IMG/VR virus record: IMGVR_UViG_3300045988_077016
Coordinates: 1-61,256 of that record
Length of the DNA stretch: 61,256 nt
Source: a virus
Direction: 5' to 3' (one strand)
Below the pieces are notes generated by a model. That model was not told the DNA's origin and did not search any database. It worked only from the letters and a program-made list of their open reading frames with translations. Below, piece by piece: positions 54,741-61,256 of this stretch. The translations under genes were made by a program, and so were the position numbers. Position 1 is the first letter of the stretch; each line of letters begins with the position of its first letter.

Positions 54741-55787
54741 TTAACGATATTTTTTAATGTAGTCCATTATATACTGCTGATTTTCTGGTAAGTTTTCCTT
54801 TAACCAGGATGTAATTGTAGTACGTCTTGAAATCGTGCCCAATCTATTTAATTTCTTTTCGACATCGTTTGTTAAAATGGGTCTAATGGAAGACCTGCAA
54901 TTATAATGTAGTGGCGGTACATTAACGCCGATTGCGGCATCAGATAAATTAAATACAGAACCATTCATGTTTCTGCATATTTCAGTTGTTCTTTCATCTA
55001 ATACGGCCACATATTCATATTTGGAAATCGAAAGACTCTGCATTAAATCTGTATGTGCTTTATTATTTACCAGTGTAACAAAACTACGTGTATTAGCCAC
55101 ATCACCATTATACCGTATTTTTAATAATGGGTTAATTTCATTCATTATAGTATTGACAGTATATCCCATGGCAATAAATTGTGGTAACTTTGTATCTAAA
55201 GTATTCTTAAGCTGTGTGGTACTATACTCCGCTTTATCATAATAGTTGGCTCTTTCCCAAGACGTTTTTGCGGCATGACTGCCCGCTGAACCTGATAAAG
55301 GTAGAAAATCAATATCTTTTTCAACACCGTTTCTATAATTATATAAATCTACATAATAGGCACCCATATAGGTGTCCGTTAAAAGGGACTCTGTGTACTC
55401 AAGTTTCTTTGTTGCTAATAACAATACATAGTACCAACACATATATTGTAAATACTCTAAGACTGTTAATGTTTTACGTTCAGCCAGCTTACGGGATAAC
55501 GTAAAAAATTCTTTTGTTATCGTATTCAAATCAAAGCTGTTGTATGCCACCTTTATTTGAGCTTTAAATTTCTTTAGTGCGGCATCGTCTAATCTTTTAC
55601 GTAAATCTATATATAATAATTTATCACCGCTACCATATTTACTAAATATAAATACAAGTTCTTTTTCGAGGTCATTGGAAAGTGTTTCATAAATAGCCTT
55701 TAGCTGTTTTTCAAAGTCTAATGTGCCTCTTTCGGACATAAGCATACAATTAACAGAGGAATCAATCCAATACTTTTCATCACGCAT
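54741..55787 (-). CDS. Head morphogenesis protein (SPP1 gp7 / Mu F-like)
   Basis: DERTTEICRNMNGSVF...PPLHYNCRSS signature. Confidence 0.8.
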   Translation of the reverse strand: MRDEKYWIDSSVNCMLMSERGTLDFEKQLKAIYETLSNDLEKELVFIFSKYGSGDKLLYIDLRKRLDDAALKKFKAQIKVAYNSFDLNTITKEFFTLSRKLAERKTLTVLEYLQYMCWYYVLLLATKKLEYTESLLTDTYMGAYYVDLYNYRNGVEKDIDFLPLSGSAGSHAAKTSWERANYYDKAEYSTTQLKNTLDTKLPQFIAMGYTVNTIMNEINPLLKIRYNGDVANTRSFVTLVNNKAHTDLMQSLSISKYEYVAVLDERTTEICRNMNGSVFNLSDAAIGVNVPPLHYNCRSSIRPILTNDVEKKLNRLGTISRRTTITSWLKENLPENQQYIMDYIKKYR

Positions 55788-55793
55788 TGTTTA

Positions 55794-57323
55794 TCACTCC
55801 TGACCAGATGTTCTTATTTGACCATTGATAGTATTACTGGGTTTACTACCATATTGATTTTCAAGTTCAAGTTCTTCTATATCGTCATGTTTCATATTTT
55901 CCATTTCTTTATCAACGCTACGTGTCCAAGGGTGGTTAGCTGCAATAGTTTCATCTGATATAATACCTTTACTTGTAAACGCATTTGTAATCGTTTCAGT
56001 TTCATTAACAATTACATCCGTATTAAAGAGAATAGAATACTTAACCGAGCTGTAATCAATACCCGTTCTACTCTTAATATCAAAAAGTATAAAATTGAGT
56101 AATTCCATTATAGATGTTTCAAGCTCGGGTGACCAATCGCTACAATCCATATCAAGGTCAGCATACATAAATCTAAGGGCTACGCCAGATGTATCTCTAA
56201 TATCCTTATCCGCTGTATTAACGCCTTGACCAAATTCATAAATATCCTCTCTTAATCGTTGTAAATGTTTATCAAGCTCAGTGATATTAAGTGGTGTGTC
56301 TAATGACCTTGCATCACCATCACCCTGTACAAAGATTGTTCTATATTCATTTTTATTTTGGACAAATTCTTCCTTACTTTCGCCGTCATAGTTTACTACA
56401 ACAGTAATTGAGTTTGGTACGTCATTAATAAGGTCAGCAATATAGCTTGTTTTTTCGTCATAATCATCTATAAGGGATTTTATCTTTGACAAAAGAGGTA
56501 TTTCTTCTGGATTATACTTAAATGGTATAAATGGTACTACTCCCCATGATAAACCAGCAGAACTACGTTCTTCTAATGTCATGCCAAAATACTGAGGGCC
56601 CATAGCGTTCATAAATACACTTGTGTTAGGCAAAAGTATACCGTCATCATTATATTGATAATAGTAAACATTATTTTTGGTGTAATACTCAATGTATTTA
56701 TGCTCAATACGTTTACCGGTTGTATAATCAGCTACTTTATACTTTCTAATGACGCCTGTTAAAACAGTGTGGTCAATATCTTCCCAAATTGGTGCAATTT
56801 CTCTACTGGGTATACGCTTAAAACTGAGTTTACCATTTTCGTTATAGTAAACCTGTAACCAACCCAGACCATCTACGATAGAATCTCTTGCACAGTTTTT
56901 AATTGTTTTGTGCAAACTCTTTGTGTAGTAATCTTTAATTGCTTTTATCATTTCTTTAGCCCGTTCATCGTCTGGCTCGTCTGCATCAATAGTAAATGTT
57001 TTACTAATCATGTAACCAAGTTTTTGTTTAACAAGCTTTTGTAAATAGTTATGACAGAGTTTGTTATTAGAAAGTACTTTAGATTCTTTAAGTATAGGGT
57101 TATTTCCTTCGTCCTTACCTATTACAGTACGCTTTTTGTTTAAAACATCTGTTTTATTTCTATAATAAGCTTCGCACTTATCCATAAATGTTCTTTGAGG
57201 ATTATTTTCCCATTCAGCTAAATATGTAGTAATGAATGGTATAAAACTGTCAGCAGATTGTGTTGGCGGTATAGACGCCATAAGTCTGCCATCGTCTGTG
57301 TAAGTATATAATACTGTGTCCAT
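55794..57323 (-). CDS. Portal protein (SPP1 gp6-like)
   Basis: 509 aa, lying between terL and the gp7-like gene. Confidence 0.8.
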   Translation of the reverse strand: MDTVLYTYTDDGRLMASIPPTQSADSFIPFITTYLAEWENNPQRTFMDKCEAYYRNKTDVLNKKRTVIGKDEGNNPILKESKVLSNNKLCHNYLQKLVKQKLGYMISKTFTIDADEPDDERAKEMIKAIKDYYTKSLHKTIKNCARDSIVDGLGWLQVYYNENGKLSFKRIPSREIAPIWEDIDHTVLTGVIRKYKVADYTTGKRIEHKYIEYYTKNNVYYYQYNDDGILLPNTSVFMNAMGPQYFGMTLEERSSAGLSWGVVPFIPFKYNPEEIPLLSKIKSLIDDYDEKTSYIADLINDVPNSITVVVNYDGESKEEFVQNKNEYRTIFVQGDGDARSLDTPLNITELDKHLQRLREDIYEFGQGVNTADKDIRDTSGVALRFMYADLDMDCSDWSPELETSIMELLNFILFDIKSRTGIDYSSVKYSILFNTDVIVNETETITNAFTSKGIISDETIAANHPWTRSVDKEMENMKHDDIEELELENQYGSKPSNTINGQIRTSGQE

Positions 57324-57679
57324 TAGTTACCTCCAAGTCTATTTTCTAAATTAGTTATTTGTTGGTCTATAGTATCAACTCTACGATGTAAGCTTTTGTA
57401 CTGTTGAATTAATTCAGTGTTAGACATCAATAAATTACGATAATCTTTTTCAATATTTTCAAACTTCCTGTCAATTTTTACATCTGTATTGGTCATACCA
57501 TGTTTTATTTCTTCAAGCTGCTGTTTAATATATCGTAAATCAGACTGAACTTCGCCATCACATACACCATCTTGTTGGGAGTCCTTTTTACTGTTCTTTA
57601 AAACACCTATTATACTTAATACACATGATATAAAAACTAAAACTGCATAAACATTAGACACTGATAAATTTTCTTGCAT
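57323..57679 (-). CDS. Membrane/coiled-coil protein between terL and portal
   Basis: ATG 57679 after AAGGGGGG. TM segment VYAVLVFISCVLSIIGVL, then a coiled coil. Confidence 0.5.
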   Translation of the reverse strand: MQENLSVSNVYAVLVFISCVLSIIGVLKNSKKDSQQDGVCDGEVQSDLRYIKQQLEEIKHGMTNTDVKIDRKFENIEKDYRNLLMSNTELIQQYKSLHRRVDTIDQQITNLENRLGGN

Positions 57680-57749
57680 ACACCACACCCCCCTTAACAT
57701 AATATTTTATTATCAATTACATTATATAGTATTTATACGATGTATACAA

Positions 57750-59012
57750 TTAAAAACTGAAATTATTACCACCGAGATTTTCTGTTGCATAACGTAACGG
57801 GTCAATCAAGTGGTTATAATCGTCAATAGGCTCATTAATAATCTTACCATCAGTATTTTTGTCCCATACATAGTTGTTTAATTCTATAATCATATTCTCA
57901 CATCGAGGGTGTACAATGATTTCATAGTCTTGTAGTTTTAATATACCAGCTCTTACTGAATCGTTACCCTTTTTAGCAGGTCTTATTCTTGTTAAACCCA
58001 AAGCTTTTACCTCTGCAATAGATTTAGGTTCAGCACTATCTGCCTTGATTAACTCTTTATCCCAATGTAGCAGTTTTAAATCACGTACAAGCTGTGCATT
58101 GGTTACACCTGTTTTATAATATTCTCTCGGTATATAAATACGTTTTTCTTTCTCACTGGCCAAACAGAATATAACACCTGTCGGCGCTGTAAAGCCCCAG
58201 TCTAAGCCAAACAGTTTTTGATAAATGGCCATACCATATCTATCTTCCCTGTTCATAACTTCCACTTCGTCAAAGTTTTCGATATGCCAATTTGTAAAGA
58301 TAAGACCCTCTGCAATACCCCAATTACCTAAACCCTCAATACTATAACGTCTTGGTTGAGTTTCTTTCATCTTATTAAAAACACGCCTGTCATCATCACC
58401 GAGAAACTCATTACATAAATAAGTTGTAGTATCAGTGAATATATCTTCATCAGCGGGAGCATCAAAGAATCTTTTCTTTATCCAAATATTCTCACTCCAA
58501 GGGTTAAATGTCAAAGTAATCTGTTTAAAATATCCGGGTGGTAATTCACCTCTTATGGACATATCCAATTTATTAAATTCTGATTCATCTGTTATCTGAA
58601 AGGCCTCCTCCACCCAACACCAGCAGAGATAACCTCTTTCAGTTGTAATTGATGTAATAGATTGTGGGTCATCAAAACCTCTAAACAGTATCTTTTGACC
58701 AGTTGGTATATAAGTCATTTCCAAAGGATTCATAGTAGTTTTCCATAAATGCTTAACACCTAACTGATTTATAGCCCATTTTAATTGGGCGAAAGTAGAA
58801 TCTCGATGGGTATTAAAGAATTTTCTAACTACTAAAGTATTAGATAAAGGCATTTTCATCATATTGAAAATAATCCATAAAGCTGTTGTACAGCTTTTTT
58901 TACTACCACGCCCACCTTTAACTACTCTGTATCTACCTTTAAATCGCCAAAATTTACCGTAACCACCACCTATGACCTGAGATAGATTAATCACGGTTGG
59001 ATTGTTTGCCAT
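57750..59012 (-). CDS. terL: Terminase large subunit (PBSX/XtmB-like)
   Basis: Walker A KGGRGSKKS, Walker B-like CWCWVEEA, and a C-terminal nuclease region with conserved Asp residues; 420 aa. Confidence 0.85.
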   Translation of the reverse strand: MANNPTVINLSQVIGGGYGKFWRFKGRYRVVKGGRGSKKSCTTALWIIFNMMKMPLSNTLVVRKFFNTHRDSTFAQLKWAINQLGVKHLWKTTMNPLEMTYIPTGQKILFRGFDDPQSITSITTERGYLCWCWVEEAFQITDESEFNKLDMSIRGELPPGYFKQITLTFNPWSENIWIKKRFFDAPADEDIFTDTTTYLCNEFLGDDDRRVFNKMKETQPRRYSIEGLGNWGIAEGLIFTNWHIENFDEVEVMNREDRYGMAIYQKLFGLDWGFTAPTGVIFCLASEKEKRIYIPREYYKTGVTNAQLVRDLKLLHWDKELIKADSAEPKSIAEVKALGLTRIRPAKKGNDSVRAGILKLQDYEIIVHPRCENMIIELNNYVWDKNTDGKIINEPIDDYNHLIDPLRYATENLGGNNFSF

Positions 59013-59202
59013 ACATATTCTCCTCCTGCTGTGACCTAACTATATTAAAGTGTTCTCGCCACTTAAAGTAATCACCTAAAGAATAAATACACTCTTTGAA
59101 GTATTGTTCATTATCACAAAATGCACAAGCTGTACTTTTCGGTCGGTCAAAACAAATTAATCTACTAAGACAGTAATTACATTGATGCGAATAATCCTTC
59201 AT
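58987..59202 (-). CDS. Small Cys-rich protein upstream of terL
   Basis: ATG 59202 behind an AGAGGTGA RBS. The ORF-track TTG start at 59241 lies inside the 18-bp palindrome. Motifs CNYC...CAFC. Confidence 0.5.
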   Translation of the reverse strand: MKDYSHQCNYCLSRLICFDRPKSTACAFCDNEQYFKECIYSLGDYFKWREHFNIVRSQQEENMYGKQSNRD

Positions 59203-60113
59203 AATTAAGTCACCTCTTTTTAATTTTTTAGATATATCCAAATTTGGATATTATTCATTTGTATATGCTAAATATGTATACTATATTAATATAATCCAGC
59301 CTCGGCGGGCTGAATGAAGTATATATTATATATAACATAATAATAAAGAAAAAACAAGTAATTAATGCCCATATCCCCTATATCCAAAAATCTATCCAAT
59401 TATTTATCCAATACTCTATCTAAATTTGGATACCCATTTACCCCAAGAAAAAAATATCCAAATATCCTAATTTAGATATTCTTCTCCTAATTGCTATATA
59501 TCTAAAAAAGTATCTAAATTTGGATAGAATATTTTTGAGCCGAAAAAATTTTTTGGATAGAGTTTTTCCTGTCCTATACCCCCCACATGACTATCCGGAC
59601 AACAGCATCACGCAATCGGGGTCATACCCCCCCCGTTCATGTATATGCTGATGGGCGACAGAGCTGAATAATATATCTAAAAAACATGATAGAATAGATA
59701 CTTATAATAGACTTAATATAGAATCATCTGAGGAGTTCCTACATTATATATAGTAGTTAATACATATTAATATATCTATGATTCTGCTGCATCTGATGTC
59801 TATGTAAGCCACCGCCTATATGTGATATGTCTATACGCAGCTGATGCATGTGTAATAATAGGATATATCCAAATATCCTAATTTGGATATTGAATAACTA
59901 TGATAATATAGCTATATGATATTTAGATATACTATTTATATTAATATACATATACTAATATATCCATTCTGTACCGCCGGGCAGAGGCAGTATATATAAC
60001 AGCAAAGCATATATATATCCAAATAAGTATCTAAATTTGGATAGATTAATAAATATCTATATTTGGATATTATTCAATGTTTCACGTGAAACATATGTGT
60101 GAAACGCTTAATC

Positions 60114-60180
60114 ATAGCTAAAAAGCATGATATACGGCGAACGATAGCTAAAAAGCATGATATACGGCGAACGATAGCTA
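60114..60180. repeat. Tandem direct repeat, 2.2 copies of a 30-bp unit
   Basis: ATAGCTAAAAAGCATGATATACGGCGAACG at 60114..60143 and 60144..60173, plus a partial ATAGCTA. Confidence 0.9.
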
Positions 60181-60445
60181 TATTTGATAATGGGTGGAAA
60201 CGGTATTATCTGGCATGAACTGGTCTATTAGGCATGACTGCTTATTATTACTACTACTATAACTAATACTATTATTAATAACTACTCATTTAATCCCCGC
60301 CGCCCGGGAGCAGAATAGATATATGTACATATACATGGGAGCTGCTGGAAGTATTGATTTTATCAGCTTTTTTGAGGTTTATATCCAAATTTGGATATAT
60401 CCAAATTTCATTACAAAAATATCTAAAAAAGTATCTAAAAAAGTA

Positions 60446-60474
60446 TTGACAAATATCCAAATAAGTGTTATCAT
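60446..60474 (+). promoter_or_regulatory. Early promoter, cassette copy C
   Basis: TTGACA, 17 nt containing ATATCCAAATA, then TGtTATCAT. Precedes the AAGGAGG RBS of 60567. Confidence 0.7.
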
Positions 60475-60566
60475 AAAACCATAGAAAAAAGATATTTAAA
60501 AAATATCTAAAATATTGAATATCCAAATTTATATCCAAAAAACACTAAAATAAGGAGGAGATTAAT

Positions 60567-60686
60567 ATGGCAGCTTGTGCAGTAATGGGAGTATATTTCA
60601 TCGTGATACTCATAATTTACAGAGCTATTGAATGGATATGCTATGGCATATCCAAAAAGAATGAGGAAAGGGGATTAAACAAATGA
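60567..60686 (+). CDS. Small membrane protein (39 aa), below the ORF-track cutoff
   Basis: TAAGGAGGAG RBS. Translation is MAACAVMGVYFIVILIIYRAIEWICYGISKKNEERGLNK. ATGA overlap with the next gene. Confidence 0.6.
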   Translation: MAACAVMGVYFIVILIIYRAIEWICYGISKKNEERGLNK

Positions 60687-61126
60687 TTAAAAATTATGTT
60701 TGTTATAAGACTTTAAAAAAGACTGCTAAAACTAATAATTTATATATCTATGATAGGGGTACTTTAAATACTCCTTATGCCGCCGACTTGGCGCTGCTTA
60801 ATAACATGGATGTATCTGACGATGATTTCAAAGCAATAAATGATGAACTAACTAATTTAAATAATATTGATATATTTACAAACACACCAAACGGCATCAG
60901 CTTTATAGATTTCGACAACTTTAAATCGGCAAGACTGTTTTATTGGTTTTACAGACATCGAGTATATTCGGCAGACGGTAAACATTTGTATAACATTTTA
61001 CAGCTTGCTAAAATACGCTATATAACATATACCCGTAAATCTGTATATGATGAATTTGGTGTTGAATCCGATATAGAATTAGATTGTGGCTATTCTGCTC
61101 CTGTAACTGACATAGACTTAGGTTAA
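60683..61126 (+). CDS. Hypothetical early protein (147 aa)
   Basis: ORF coupled to 60567..60686, followed by a terminator. Confidence 0.7.
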   Translation: MIKNYVCYKTLKKTAKTNNLYIYDRGTLNTPYAADLALLNNMDVSDDDFKAINDELTNLNNIDIFTNTPNGISFIDFDNFKSARLFYWFYRHRVYSADGKHLYNILQLAKIRYITYTRKSVYDEFGVESDIELDCGYSAPVTDIDLG

Positions 61127-61132
61127 TTATAG

Positions 61133-61161
61133 AGATACCCATTAATTGGGTATCTTTTTTA
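61133..61161 (+). terminator. Intrinsic terminator
   Basis: AGATACCCA-TTAAT-TGGGTATCT followed by T6. Confidence 0.8.
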
Positions 61162-61203
61162 TTTACTCCCCGATGTTATACAAAAAATTATTTTATAAAA
61201 ATA

Positions 61204-61256
61204 TCTAAAAAAGTATTGACAAATATCCAAATAAGTGTTATCATAAAACCATAGAA
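61204..61256. repeat. 53-nt terminal overlap identical to nt 1..53, a sign of circular closure or assembly overlap
   Basis: Base-by-base comparison of both window ends. The overlap lies within promoter cassette copy A (TTGACA 61216..61221, -10 at 61239..61244). Confidence 0.9.

Larger units (their letters stand above)
59234..60540. repeat. Array of about 20 TATCCAAAT/ATTTGGATA sites in a 1.3-kb non-coding region, including two perfect 18-bp palindromes ATATCCAAATTTGGATAT (59234..59251, 60381..60398)
   Basis: Manual count found 12 plus-orientation ATCCAA(A/T) and 8 TTGGAT sites. Composite 26-nt units ATATCCAAATATCCTAATTT(A/G)GATAT lie at 59454..59479 and 59865..59890. TATCTAAATTTGGATA lies at 59417, 59511 and 60028. 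Confidence 0.85.

Noticed and set aside
59579-59668. 26-codon ORF (ATGACTATCCGG...) in the GC-rich island
   Set aside because: It has no RBS, is very short, and its GC-rich character is better explained as a DNA-level signal.
60290-60538. 82-aa minus-strand ORF in the non-coding region (and its twin 607..870)
   Set aside because: Both run antisense through the repeated promoter cassette and the TATCCAAAT sites, which is why they share the peptide FFLWFYDNT.LDICQYFFRYF. They have no RBS, low-complexity F/I/Y composition, and their similarity is explained by the DNA repeat.
59234-60540. CRISPR array
   Set aside because: The repeats are only 8-18 bp, partly palindromic, irregularly spaced and in both orientations. 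There are no uniform 24-40-bp repeats with unique spacers and no cas genes.

Overview
The window is an essentially complete genome of about 61.2 kb from an AT-rich, Firmicutes-style contractile-tailed dsDNA phage. It appears circularly closed, because nt 1-53 are identical to nt 61204-61256. All family calls come from motifs read by eye in the supplied translations. No database search was run.

Layout:
- **Plus-strand island (60567..61256 joined to 1..2342):** nine small orphan genes driven by three copies of one near-consensus promoter cassette. The last gene carries an in-frame TAG followed by 87 more open codons.
- **Minus strand, 31027 down to 2403 (replication, recombination and nucleotide module):** an SNF2 helicase, a DnaD-like initiator with internal iterons, a DnaC-like loader, a DnaB-like helicase, a DnaG-like primase, and a family-A DNA polymerase split by a group I intron carrying a GIY-YIG homing endonuclease. 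It also holds a radical-SAM plus glycosyltransferase-like gene pair, a DnaN-like clamp, a Cas4-like nuclease, RecA, two PD-(D/E)xK nucleases, a ThyX-fold protein and a three-gene DnaX/delta-prime/delta clamp loader. Many small zinc-ribbon proteins, a tRNA-Gln(UUG) and a TerS-like gene complete it.
- **Minus strand, 59202 down to 34959 (late module):** TerL, portal, SPP1 gp7-like head protein, scaffold, decoration protein, major capsid and connectors. It continues with a PBSX/Xkd-like sheath-tube-chaperone-tape measure-baseplate-fibre set (the chaperone has a -1 frameshift), then holin, an amidase endolysin with an SLH-like tail, and a sigma region-4-like protein.
- **31283..34850:** a terminator-bracketed cargo operon of compositionally extreme proteins (Q/N-rich, Met-rich, Cys-triplet membrane protein, Cys-capped beta-rich protein, D/R/Y-rich protein, Cys-His protein).
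- **59242..60566:** a 1.3-kb non-coding region packed with ATATCCAAAT/ATTTGGATAT sites, GC-rich islands and tandem repeats.

I saw no integrase, repressor pair, reverse transcriptase or CRISPR array.

The best candidates for new biology are:
- the radical-SAM/glycosyltransferase/ThyX-fold set, a possible DNA hypermodification system;
- the cargo operon;
- the TATCCAAAT site array that also sits inside the early promoters;
- the in-frame TAG gene.
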